Assembly (NCBI GenBank): GCA_965216875.1
Contig: OZ244207.1
Span: 864,001-928,000 of the forward strand
Direction of reading: 5' to 3'
From: Rubripirellula sp.
GTDB lineage: Bacteria; Planctomycetota; Planctomycetia; Pirellulales; Pirellulaceae
Length of the DNA stretch: 64,000 nucleotides
Shown: piece after piece, positions 30,001 through 39,200 of the stretch
Numbering within the stretch: the first letter of the stretch is position 1
Layout of the letters: each line of letters opens with the position of its first letter
Position numbers and translations under genes: made by a program
The notes under the pieces: model-generated
Database searches by the model: none
What the model was told of the DNA's origin: nothing
The model's input: only the letters and a program-made list of their open reading frames with translations

Positions 30001-31317
30001 GTCTTCGTCCGGGGAGGCGTCGAGCTGGTTTTCGTCGGCGAGCAGATTGATGGTTGGGCCGCTGCCCATCGCGATCAGTTCGCCTTCGATCGTCACTGCG
30101 AACAACATGCCGCTGGCGACAATCAAGCGTTCAATTTTGCCTCGGTCAAAAGCAACCTTCCGAGCAATCGTGGCTTTGCGTCGATTCTTTGAAAGATCGA
30201 TTTGCGTGATCGAGTCCGCTCCGGCAGCGACCAGCGAGTCGCCGGCGAGGACGAGGTCGCCGGTCCCATCGACCTCGAGTTCCCAGACGAGTTTTTGTTT
30301 TCGGTCGTATGCCCGAACGTAATGCTTTTCTTCTTCCGATTGCGCTGAAAAGACCAGCTCGCCAGCTAGGACCGGTTCGGCGGGCATGAACGCTGTCTTG
30401 ACGCCGTCTGCGATTCGAAACGCTCGCGTTCCTTTGTGCCGCGTGTGGACGTAAAAGTGCTGGTCATCCGCGCAGACGAACGAGCCGCCGGTTCCTTTGC
30501 CGCCCGCGTTGATTTCAAAGTACTGAAACTCGCCCGTCGCACGGTCAAAAGCCGCGGGCACGCTACGGCCACCAGGAACAAGCAACGTCTTCTGCGTCGC
30601 GACCAACGCACCCTGCGGCGCGACTCCGGCGAACGACGGCGCGCTGTGAGGCTGTTTGATGTATTGCGAACCGGTGTGATCGTTTACCCAAAGCGCGCGC
30701 CCGGATTCGACATCGAGTGCGTAGACGAACGTCCCCATGAAAGGCCAAATGCTGGCTGCGAAGTAGACGGCGTCGTCACGGATCACCGGGCCGCCACGGG
30801 CAGGCCAAGCCGACGCGATCCTGCGGTTCCCGATGGCGAGTTGCGAGGAGGGGGCGCCCCGAAATTTCCAATTCAGTTTTCCGGTCTTTGCATCGACACA
30901 GTACAGGTGCCCATCGTCGCTGCAAAAACAAACCCGATCGCCTGATCCGGCCGGTGGCAGACGAATCGGCGCATCAGCAAAGAAGGTCCAGAGCTCTTTT
31001 CCTGTTTTCGCATCGAGGGCAACGAGTTTGTCGGCGTCGTTAAAGCCAACGAACATCCGTCCTGATAAAACGATCGGTTCGAAGACGCGATCGTAGGTCA
31101 TCAGGTCGAGGTTCAGCGGATCGTCCCACGCTTGAACGCGCGCGGTGAGTTTGCGCGACCAGACGACATTCAACTCTTTGGGCAGCACGTTGTCGGATGC
31201 GGCGCTACGGCTGGCGTCATACCGCCACATCGGCCAATCGTCTGTGGCAGTGGCGTGAGACGATGTGGCGCAACAGAAGCCAAAAACCATCGAGGCTGCG
31301 AGCAACCAAGCTTTCAT
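27031..31317 (-). CDS. Large exported PQQ-like beta-propeller protein with central methyltransferase-like and C-terminal carbohydrate-binding-like domains
   Basis: DWPMWRYD..RS, many G...W repeats, central VYESLRPYGG segment, second DWTHQYG propeller, C-terminal DDAEE..SSDLEL..VGLRF module. Confidence 0.85.
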   Translation of the reverse strand: MKAWLLAASMVFGFCCATSSHATATDDWPMWRYDASRSAASDNVLPKELNVVWSRKLTARVQAWDDPLNLDLMTYDRVFEPIVLSGRMFVGFNDADKLVALDAKTGKELWTFFADAPIRLPPAGSGDRVCFCSDDGHLYCVDAKTGKLNWKFRGAPSSQLAIGNRRIASAWPARGGPVIRDDAVYFAASIWPFMGTFVYALDVESGRALWVNDHTGSQYIKQPHSAPSFAGVAPQGALVATQKTLLVPGGRSVPAAFDRATGEFQYFEINAGGKGTGGSFVCADDQHFYVHTRHKGTRAFRIADGVKTAFMPAEPVLAGELVFSAQSEEEKHYVRAYDRKQKLVWELEVDGTGDLVLAGDSLVAAGADSITQIDLSKNRRKATIARKVAFDRGKIERLIVASGMLFAVTIEGELIAMGSGPTINLLADENQLDASPDEDAQKVVSQLTQLGDAEGYALWYGNWDSALLQALAFQSPFEQLAIVCSDNESVERGRQALDAAGLYGKVTLHHGDASSFQAPPYVANMIFVDASDRHVSNPDSLDTVYESLRPYGGTMVLLSQRNRGGLLKQIKGLDLSRARVAESELGVLVRRTGPLPGAADWTHQYGSIANTVKSDDSRVKLPLGILWFGGSSNMDVLPRHGHGPPEQVVGGRLFIQGMNSLSARDVYTGRVLWKRDFKDLGTFDVYYDSTYEDVPLNPKYNQVHIPGANARGTNFVVTPEHVYIVEGPVCHVLDPATGKTIGNFKIPQDGDGNQANWGYLGVYKNVLIGGSGFAMYRTRNGLNFPSDKDLKKSRAGFGSKSLDRAASASLIGWDRHSGEMLWKVDANHSFWHNGIVAGGGLVYCLDRNPKQVEAALLRRGKPPTEGYRIVAYDSQTGQQAWEVSENIFGTWLGYSEKQNALLQAGAKGSDRLYDEVDQGMAVYEAATGNLRWKNDGVRYLGPCILHNDLIITNANSYGQSAGAFYLSDGKPKLIPNPLTGQMQPWRITRAYGCNNVIASENFLTFRSGAAGFYDLQSKAGTGNLGGFKSGCTSNLIVANGVLNAPDYTRTCSCAYQNQTSLGLVHMPEVEMWTVNSAASLETQGEYFRQLGINFGAAGDRRDKDGLLWIEYPAVAGSSPPVTIHANKEATYFRKHASAASKSETPWIASSGIQGVTDLRIGMKLEGEFTMRSGIPIQHADDDAEESESGAVDRISSDLELVEDIEDQVVGLRFTDINLNAKSKIKSAYIQFTCDETSNEPTSLQVSAEDTGNSERFSGDKHDLSSRSRTTTEVQWNPPPWNKRYEATEIHRTPNLAPLIREIIKREDWKPGNAISFLITGSGKRVAVSSKTGVERSPKLFIDAEPARDDDPSKPKRRYNIELRFGPSPATFDVKMNGKPIGERLHVDANSPREIRQLIEDVAIGDELHLQIETVSGEPVLNGVSIKAR

Positions 31318-31400
31318 GTTGAGGACCGAGCGAGGGGCTGTGATTCGATTCCGTCGAGTTGCGATCGAGTCGCCTGTTGTTTGGAAAAAGTTGCGTTTGT

Positions 31401-31430
31401 GGACGCACGTTTCGCGGAGCGAAAAGCGAC
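31401..31430. repeat. REP-like palindrome arm (TTTCGCGGAGCGAAAGGCGAC family)
   Basis: GGACGCACGTTTCGCGGAGCGAAAAGCGAC, similar to 43772-43801 and 50916-50936. Confidence 0.7.
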
Positions 31431-31484
31431 TTTCTTAGAATCGCAGCCTAGGAGGGAGGAAGGGGGAGGGGGGTAGTGGAGAGA

Positions 31485-32177
31485 TTAGATTGGTTTGCGG
31501 TTTTTGTTCATTTCCCAGCCTTCGCTCTTTTCTTTCGCGTACACACGTTTGCCGTCGCGAACTGCGTGAGAGCGAGGTGAGGTGTCCCAGTTCTTTGCGT
31601 CGCCTTCTTTGATCACTTCTTGCACATCGTCAACCGTGATGTCGTGCAGAGCGGCGAAGCGATTGAGTTCGCGATCGTACGTCTTTTGAAGCATGACTTC
31701 CAAGTTCTTGCGGATCTTCGTCCCCTGCGGAAGGGCAAGCGGTTTTTCAACTGTCGTCCGAGCAACCTTGCGGTAGTCGTCATAAATGCGCTTCCGTTGC
31801 TCTTCGGGAAGATTCACGACTCGGAATTCTTCTGGCTCGAGCGGTTTGATTGTGTCTTCGGGTTCGACCGCAACCGGTTCGGGCGATTCGCGATTGAGCA
31901 CGACAACCGCGACGCCCATGATCGCAACCATGAAAATGAACGCGCCTGCCAAAACACCGGCAATGAGGACGGTGTTGGACACGGACGATTCATCATCGTC
32001 GACTTTCGGTGGTGCCGCTTGTGCCGAAGCTTGTTTGGCGGCTGCCGAGATTGTCGCTTGGGCCGGGTTGTTGACGTTCCAAACGGTGCCGCAAGAGGGA
32101 CAACGAACGCTGGTCATTGCGGCTGGCACATTGGCGACCGCTTGGCATCCGGGGCACTGAACGCTGCGAAGAGACAT
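31485..32177 (-). CDS. Zinc-ribbon plus single-TM hypothetical protein
   Basis: N-terminal CPGC...CPSC, one TM helix, extracytoplasmic domain. Confidence 0.8.
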   Translation of the reverse strand: MSLRSVQCPGCQAVANVPAAMTSVRCPSCGTVWNVNNPAQATISAAAKQASAQAAPPKVDDDESSVSNTVLIAGVLAGAFIFMVAIMGVAVVVLNRESPEPVAVEPEDTIKPLEPEEFRVVNLPEEQRKRIYDDYRKVARTTVEKPLALPQGTKIRKNLEVMLQKTYDRELNRFAALHDITVDDVQEVIKEGDAKNWDTSPRSHAVRDGKRVYAKEKSEGWEMNKNRKPI

Positions 32178-32400
32178 GGATCTGTCGACCTTTCGGTCTC
32201 AATAACTCGGAGAAGAAAACGCCTCTAAAAGTGTACTCGATCAAGCCGTAGTGGACGAGGCAACGAGTCCCCCCGATCACTGATCGAGTCCTTCCCAACC
32301 AGCCAACGACTCGCATTTTGCGGCCCCGAACGTTCAAGCTCGCATTTCTGGCACCAGCATTTGGGGGAACTTGCGAGTCCGGGATTCGTTGCCTCATCCA

Positions 32401-33039
32401 CTACGGCGTGTTTGGTAGCCAACGATTGGCGGCCGCTGCAATCAAGACGGGAATGGCGACCGAAACTCCCAAAGCGAGCGGCAGCCATTGGTGCTGTTGG
32501 GCAAAGTCGCCGAATGCGGAATAGGCGATGGCGATCCCAAGGTTGCTGAGCAGCACGGCAGGTAGGAATCGTCGCCAAGTCAAACGATGGATGCCCGCGA
32601 TCAAGACGGTGGCTTCTGCAAAGACCGGCATGGCACGCGTGAGTACAAGCACAAGCGGTCCGTATCGCTGAGAGACCTCGTGCATTCGGTCGAGGTCTTC
32701 GCCTTTGGAGAACCAGAGTGCAAAGGGTTTGCCCCACTTTCGCGCGAGTCCGAATCCAAGGATCGCGCCAAGGTTCATCCCGACCCAAGTCGCCAACGTG
32801 CCGCGCCACCAACCAAGCTGCCAGCCACACAATGTGCTGATCACGCTTGACGGGATTGGCAACAGGATGTCGGTCGCCAGTAGCCCGATCACAAGTGCAG
32901 CGGTCACCGGTGTCGCGGGCGGATCCTCGGCAATACCACGCAGCCAATCTTCAAGTTGTGCACCAAAGAAAAGGAAAGGCACGATTGGAACAAGAAGCAC
33001 CACGCACATCAGTGGCAGCGTTCGAAAGAGTTCTCGCAT
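32401..33039 (-). CDS. DedA/VTT (TVP38/TMEM64) family membrane protein
   Basis: D.LLPIPSS, R.MPVFAE, F..A.LL motifs; hydrophobic. Confidence 0.87.
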   Translation of the reverse strand: MRELFRTLPLMCVVLLVPIVPFLFFGAQLEDWLRGIAEDPPATPVTAALVIGLLATDILLPIPSSVISTLCGWQLGWWRGTLATWVGMNLGAILGFGLARKWGKPFALWFSKGEDLDRMHEVSQRYGPLVLVLTRAMPVFAEATVLIAGIHRLTWRRFLPAVLLSNLGIAIAYSAFGDFAQQHQWLPLALGVSVAIPVLIAAAANRWLPNTP

Positions 33040-33509
33040 CAGGCTGGTTCGGTGTCACCTTGATATGTCAGATCAACGTCGTGGTACTCAAGTGCCCATT
33101 CGCGCATGAAGCGGACGCGTTGTGGCTCGATGCGGTAGACGATCAGTTCTGGATTGTCGATCGAGACGAGGTATTGGCGAAGCAATGGGTTGTCGTCCCA
33201 AATCGTCTGTAGCAATTGGGAATCCGTTTCGACCTTGGCGATTCCGGTGATCCGAACTTGGTCGTGGGCTTTGCTGAGGTAGCAGAGTTCGACCTTGGGA
33301 TTGGCCTCGATCTCAACGGTTTTGTGATAGGCCCGCAAGTTCGCCACGTAGACAGTGAAGCGGTCGGTACGAACAGGGGAAACCGGACGCACGCGAGGCT
33401 GGTCGCCGTCAACCGAAGCAAGCACAGGAAAACGATCCTCACGAAGGACGTCTAACGCCAGTTGAGGAACATCGGCCGGCGCAATCGGTTTAGGTGTCGG
33501 CTTGGTCAT
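33039..33509 (-). CDS. Pyridoxamine 5'-phosphate oxidase-like FMN-binding protein
   Basis: LASVDGDQPRVRP, K..EI.ANPKVELCY, QVRITG motifs. Confidence 0.87.
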   Translation of the reverse strand: MTKPTPKPIAPADVPQLALDVLREDRFPVLASVDGDQPRVRPVSPVRTDRFTVYVANLRAYHKTVEIEANPKVELCYLSKAHDQVRITGIAKVETDSQLLQTIWDDNPLLRQYLVSIDNPELIVYRIEPQRVRFMREWALEYHDVDLTYQGDTEPA

Positions 33510-33715
33510 GGGGTGATTCTAGCGAAATCCGTCGCCACGATGAGCTATCGGCGCTGTACAAGTGTTTTATTGGCGAGGACGAACGCAGGAGTTTTAGGGG
33601 AATTCGCTTGCTCAATTTAAAGCAACGCGAATGTCTTGAGGTATCCTGGAACCATCCAATTCACAAGTTCGTCCAGCGGCTCTACCTGGGGCCGGTTTCC
33701 GGTGGAGAATTCATC

Positions 33716-34957
33716 ATGCTTTTGCAGCGTGTCAGTAGTTGTTTTGCGCTTCTCTTGGTCGTCACCCTCTCCTCCGCAGAGGCTCAGTGGTACGACCACC
33801 ATCCACCGTACCAGGATCCGGTCTTCAACTTGGATGGCAGCCGACGTACCGCGGTTTACGAGGCTCATTACAGCGCAACATGCGGTTCCTGCGGGACGGG
33901 GCAATGCGGTTGTGGTGTGAGCGACGCATCATTTGATGGGAATGAGGGAGTCGCCGGAGCCAACGGTTCCAGTAGCCGTCTGCAGCCACGGACATGCCCC
34001 CAAACGACGACGGCGCGGTTGCAGGTTTGGGTCGACGACTCGGCTGAGGTGATGGTGAACAAACAGAAAACTCGTCGACAGGTGCTCGGCGGTGTCCACG
34101 CGGGAAGTCGTGTCTACACGTTAACGGGATTGAAGGTGGACGAAGGTTCTTTGACAGAAGTCACGGCCTCGCTTCCCGGAAAGACGCCTGTGACAAAAAC
34201 GGCTTGGGTGCAAGCTGGTGACAAAAAGGCGATACGGTTTACCGCTCAAGAGCTCGTCGCTTTTCAGGAACCAGCTGAGGAGGATATGCTCGATCCCGTC
34301 ACTTACGCGATTGACTTGGCCGAAAAGGCACAAAGAGCCGCCGAGGCTGCAAGGGAAGATGCGGCCAGAGCACAACGTGCGGCCGATGCAGCCAAGGACA
34401 AGGCTCAGAAAGCGATCGATGCCAAGGACGCTCTCGAAAAACGCGTGAAGGCCGCCGAAGCCAAGATCACGAATTACGATAAGCAGATTGCCGCTCTGAA
34501 GGCGAAGTTAAGCCTCGCGCTTCGAACCAATGACGAGACAATCAAAATCAATACTGCAGCTCTCGACGCGGGCGCAACCTATGAGCCTGGCAAGACAGAG
34601 GCCAAGAGTTTTGTGTTCGACACAGGTACTTCGACCACCATTGAGCTGGAAGCGACCAAAGGGGATGGCTTGATGCTAAGCGATGGGGTCGCTGTGCCTG
34701 TTACATTGAAATTCTCCGTCGCACTCGCAGCTGGCGGTACAAAGGAAGTCCTCACCGAGAAAACAATGCTTGTGTTCAACCAGGCAAAAGCGGAGATTTC
34801 GACCAAAGGCTTGGCCAGTGCCATCAAACCAAATTGGTCGCGAGCATTGGGAGATGGAACACTGACCGTCACCATTGAAGGTAAGTTGCCCAATGGAAAA
34901 CCGATTCCAATCACTGGAACGCCAATCACGATCACTGTGAAAGACATCAGCAAGTAA
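33716..34957 (+). CDS. Exported protein: Cys-rich segment, TIGR03000-like domain, coiled coil, Ig-like C-terminus
   Basis: ATG 33716 after GGAG; signal peptide ending AEA-Q; CGSCGTGQCGCG; ARLQVWV..SAEV.VN...VQAGDKKAIRF; Ala/Lys coiled coil. Confidence 0.75.
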   Translation: MLLQRVSSCFALLLVVTLSSAEAQWYDHHPPYQDPVFNLDGSRRTAVYEAHYSATCGSCGTGQCGCGVSDASFDGNEGVAGANGSSSRLQPRTCPQTTTARLQVWVDDSAEVMVNKQKTRRQVLGGVHAGSRVYTLTGLKVDEGSLTEVTASLPGKTPVTKTAWVQAGDKKAIRFTAQELVAFQEPAEEDMLDPVTYAIDLAEKAQRAAEAAREDAARAQRAADAAKDKAQKAIDAKDALEKRVKAAEAKITNYDKQIAALKAKLSLALRTNDETIKINTAALDAGATYEPGKTEAKSFVFDTGTSTTIELEATKGDGLMLSDGVAVPVTLKFSVALAAGGTKEVLTEKTMLVFNQAKAEISTKGLASAIKPNWSRALGDGTLTVTIEGKLPNGKPIPITGTPITITVKDISK

Positions 34958-34995
34958 GATCGATTCGGCGAAGCGTTAGCCGCTGCCTTGCCTGT

Positions 34996-35196
34996 CTAGA
35001 GCTTGCAGGTGTAGCGGCCGTTGGATCCCATTTCACAAGAGTGAAAGAAGAGGAGGGTGTCCCAGCGGCTCATCGTTCGTTCGCGATCCTCTTCTTCCAT
35101 ATCTGCGACAACTGCCTCGCGCAATTGGAATGGCGTCATGCCTGGGCGGCAACGCTTTTTCATTAGTTTGAGAATTTCTGAGTCAGAGATTGCCAT
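34996..35196 (-). CDS. Small 66-aa Cys-containing protein (paralog B)
   Basis: GGGGA SD upstream of ATG 35196; about half of residues identical to the adjacent 68-aa ORF. Confidence 0.8.
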   Translation of the reverse strand: MAISDSEILKLMKKRCRPGMTPFQLREAVVADMEEEDRERTMSRWDTLLFFHSCEMGSNGRYTCKL

Positions 35197-35222
35197 CGTA
35201 TTGTCCCCATTTGAATTGCGGC

Positions 35223-35429
35223 TTACGGATCGCAATCGTATTGACCGTTTCCGTCAAGCTCGCATGCATTGAAAAAGAAAAGCAATTCATCCCAGCGTTT
35301 GCGAATGCGGCGTTTCTTTGGCTCGGACATGTACTTTAGTACTGCCTCACGCAACTCAAACGGAGTCATGCCGGTTTCGCACTTGTCGCTCATGCGGGCA
35401 AGGATGTCTTCGTCACTGATCGCTGGCAT
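35223..35429 (-). CDS. Small 68-aa Cys-containing protein (paralog A)
   Basis: Shares AISD..IL..M...C..GMTPF.LREAV...RWD.LLFF..CE...NG.Y.C with the downstream ORF; overlaps the upstream stop by 17 nt. Confidence 0.8.
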   Translation of the reverse strand: MPAISDEDILARMSDKCETGMTPFELREAVLKYMSEPKKRRIRKRWDELLFFFNACELDGNGQYDCDP

Positions 35430-36174
35430 TTTTTTTTCCCACGGACGATTTCGCCGCTTCGTAAACTTCTTTTACTTCGTCGAGCAGGGCAGAGGACGCC
35501 TCGTTATTTTGGCCATCAAGCTCTTGTCGGAACGCGTCCACGGCGGCGTCCAATTCTTCTCCCGTCAGGTCAGCCGACGTTTCAATCGACTCGCGGAGAC
35601 CACGATATTTTTCGAGGATGCTTGACCATTCGCCACGCCTCGAGTCGACAGTTCTCAGCAGTTCGCCCAAATCGGTGACCGGTGGTGGCGCGTTTTCACT
35701 GCGAGCGGTCTCGAGCATCTGAGAGACTTCAGCGACCGTTTCTTGCTCGGCTTCGGTCAGCCACTTGCTGCCTTCCCACTGAAGCACCATCGCCTCGAGT
35801 TTTCGGAACTGGTCGTTTTCGTAGAATTGTTTGCGGAAGACGTCCGATACTTCTGCATCGCCTGGCGCAAGCTTTTTGGACATCATTTCGTTGCGTGCAT
35901 CGTTGAACGCAGTGGAAAGGAGTTCAACATGCTGCTGAATCGATTGAGGCTCAGGGACCTTGGCCATCGCCGTCTCGATCTCAGCGAGCACGGGCGACTC
36001 GGGCAGTTTGATCTCAATCGTTTCCGTCCGATCGGTGACGTTGGACGCGTTGTCGGCTTCCGCCTGTGGCTGAGAGTTAACTGTCGCCTTTGGTGAAGCG
36101 GCTTGGCCACATCCGACGAGAAGAGGCAGCGCGAGAAGTGCTGCGGCTGCGATTGGTTGTGTCGTCTTGAACAT
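35413..36174 (-). CDS. Alpha-helical lipoprotein, hypothetical
   Basis: MFKTTQPIAAAALLALPLLVGC lipobox; acidic helical body. Confidence 0.8.
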   Translation of the reverse strand: MFKTTQPIAAAALLALPLLVGCGQAASPKATVNSQPQAEADNASNVTDRTETIEIKLPESPVLAEIETAMAKVPEPQSIQQHVELLSTAFNDARNEMMSKKLAPGDAEVSDVFRKQFYENDQFRKLEAMVLQWEGSKWLTEAEQETVAEVSQMLETARSENAPPPVTDLGELLRTVDSRRGEWSSILEKYRGLRESIETSADLTGEELDAAVDAFRQELDGQNNEASSALLDEVKEVYEAAKSSVGKKNASDQ

Positions 36175-36290
36175 TATGGTTCGCCCAATGACTCGTTTGG
36201 TGATCATGGTATACCTCTGCGTTGGAGTCTACCATTCTGGACATCCGTCCACAAACGAGCCCATTGCCCATAACGATCTTCGCACTTTGC

Positions 36291-39200
36291 CTAACGCACG
36301 GGTGGCAATCGTTTTGTGCGCGGGACGCTTGGATGCATCTTTTCGTAGCTGGCGGGTACGACACTTTGCAGAGCGGCGCGACCCTGCGGTTGCACTGCAG
36401 TCGCACGCATCACTTGCGACGAGTGTGTCATAGCGCGCGCGGTCGGACTCGTTGCCTGCGCTGAGGGCCTTATGGCATAAGACCGGTCGACAGACTGGTT
36501 GGTATGCCATTGTTGTCTGCGAACGTTCGACGCTCCTGTGGTTGGCTGTGGAAGGTCCTCGACCTCAAGGGGCGCGTCGTTGATTGGAGCGATATGGACC
36601 GGCGCATGCGGAGGTGCCGGCACCTGTGGCACGATCTGCGAGGGAAGAGATTGCATCGGCTGGATCAGCTCCGGTTCTGTCCTCTCGCTTGGTTGATTCG
36701 GCATTGTGCGCCGCTGGCGATAAGGGGCGGAACGCCCGGGGATGTAGCTTGGACGCACCGCATCTTGAGGGATGGAGGTTTCGCGATTCACTTGTCCCGG
36801 TTGAGCCTGCAAGACACTCGGCGCACCGTATTGAGGTTCGATGATCTCTTCGGAATACATCGGTGCGATTCGTTGCTGCTGAGCCGGGTAATGCCGGTAT
36901 CGCTCGTAGGGAGGTTCCTGCATTTCAGGCGGGCGTCGGTCGAACCGTTCATAGCCATTTCCGGTTGGATCGGGACTGGCGTGCTTGTAGCTATAGCCGC
37001 TTGGGTGATGCGGCGACGCAAGCACTTGCGAGCGGTAGAAATCAGGGCGGTAGGATGACGGGGCCTTGTTTTCTACATCGAGAAAACGATCGACCCTCTC
37101 TGAAGCCACACGGAAGACGTAGTCACGCATCGATTTCTGGCGCCCACGAATCACATGCTCTGACTCGAGCAACGCGGTATGGTCGAGATCAACGACCTGC
37201 TGTGCCCAACGCAATCCCATCAAGTCGAAGAGCGTTGGGTAGAGGTTGGTTTGACCGAAAATGACGTTCTGTTGAAGCGACGATTCGGCACTCGGTGCGG
37301 GACGAAATGCAGCACCGACGATCGGAATGTCTTCCAGAAGTGGCACACCCCGGCTTGTTCTCGATACCTTTAACGCGACCTGGTACCGACTGATTTCACG
37401 CACCTCGAAGTTGCCCGTTTGAACGGCAGTGTGGACGAAGTGACGCTTGATGCGACCAATGTGTTTTTCATTCGCACGAACGGGTTCACGGATGTTCGTT
37501 GTGTACATGTAGTCAAAATCGTAAACACACGAATCGCCATCGGGCTGCATCACTGGTCGAATCTGAAAACCTGTTCCCGTTTCCAATTTGAAGATCGATG
37601 GTTCTGGAACGAGGCTTTGCAGTGCGGAACCAGGTGTTCCTTGACCGGTCGGCGGCGGCGCGTGACCCATGATGTGTTGGTCGAGCGTTTGCGATTGTCC
37701 CGGGACGAGATTCTTGACGACCGACGGATTGGTCCCGCCACCCATCATTTGGAACGCACTCAAGAAGGTTGGGTCGTTGATCAACGCGCCCGTGTCTTCG
37801 ACCAACGCTTTCGCCGCGTCAAACGCTTCTTTGATTGCGATTTGACGTTTCGGGAGGTCAAACTCCATCATCGCCTGAGGGTCGACTTTGGCAAAGTCGC
37901 GGTTGTTGGTCAGGATCGTGGTCCGTTCGACTTGACTCAGGTTGACCGCGCGTCCGCGAGCCGCTTCGCGAACGCGGACGAAGGCGGGGTCATAGAACTG
38001 CACTTTGAAATCGTCTTCGATCGCAATCGACAGCCGCTTCAAGTACTGGTCGATCACCGAAATATGCGATCGAGTACCCTCAACAAGTTCAATGAACTTG
38101 TCTTGCTGTTCGTCAATCAGTAGGTCAAGCAGCTTGCGATGATCCAGGTCGCCACGGGTTTCTTCAAGGAAGTCGTTGACAGTAGAGATCGCAACGCGTG
38201 CTGAGATACTGTCGCGTTTGGCCTTGTAGAGTTGATCCAGCAGGGATTTGACTGTTTCGACGAAATCGGTGGTCTCAAGCGAATTCAAGTACGAAAGGAA
38301 TTCATTGTACGCGTCGTTGAATTGCGAGGTGCCGACGTTTGAGTCTTCAACCAACGCAATGAAACTGTAGTAGCGATCACGTATTCCGATCGCGTCGGGC
38401 GCTCGATTCTTTAGCAACTCAAGTGCTTTGAGTGCATCGGTGATTTTTGGCGCCGCGAATTGTGCGCGTGTCTCTTTCATCGACTCAGCGGTTTTGTTAA
38501 TGAAGTCTCTTTCCTGTTCGGTCATCCATACCGCATTTGTCGAGGCTGCAATCAGGCTTTCCAGTTCGGTGTAGGGGGTATTTGGTGCGTAGAATCCCTT
38601 GCGGAACAGCGATTTGAGTTCTGGTGAATCAATCGTTATTCCCCTATCGCGGATCGCAGCTCGGGCTTGATTGAGTGTTTTTGTTTGCTGCTCTTGGAGT
38701 GCATCAACTTGAGTGTCATCAAAACGGGTGGCGGACTCCGCGTTGTTGAACGCGTCGGCAAGCGCTTGAGCAGCACTCTGGACGACTTTGTTGGCTTCGA
38801 GCTGTGTGAGATAAGTCGCTTCAAGCTCCTGCAACGCCTTTTTGTGGATCCTCTGCATCACCGCAAATTTCGCGTTGTCGTCATTTGACCGTTCTTCGAT
38901 CAACGCTCGCTCCATGACTCGTTGCTTCCATTCCATTTCGGCAACGAGTCTTGCTTTGAAGATCTGGGCAAGGCGAATGAACTCGCGTTGCATAGGATTC
39001 ATAGCGTCGGGGTTGGTGAAGCCGACGTCAAAGAAGCCTCGCAGGTTGCGGAAGTGGTAGCGTTGCTGGGCATTGCGATGGACAGCCTCGCAGACGACCA
39101 GTTCTTTTTTGTAGTTGTTCTTGATCGGAAGATGAGCTCGATTCCACGGCGGGAAGAATTTTTGAGTGCGGTGGGGCTTGAGTTCGCTTGAGCGTCGGAA

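Noticed and set aside
34996..35429. RiPP precursor peptides
   Set aside because: No modifying enzymes, peptidase or transporter nearby, and conservation spans the whole length rather than a leader only.
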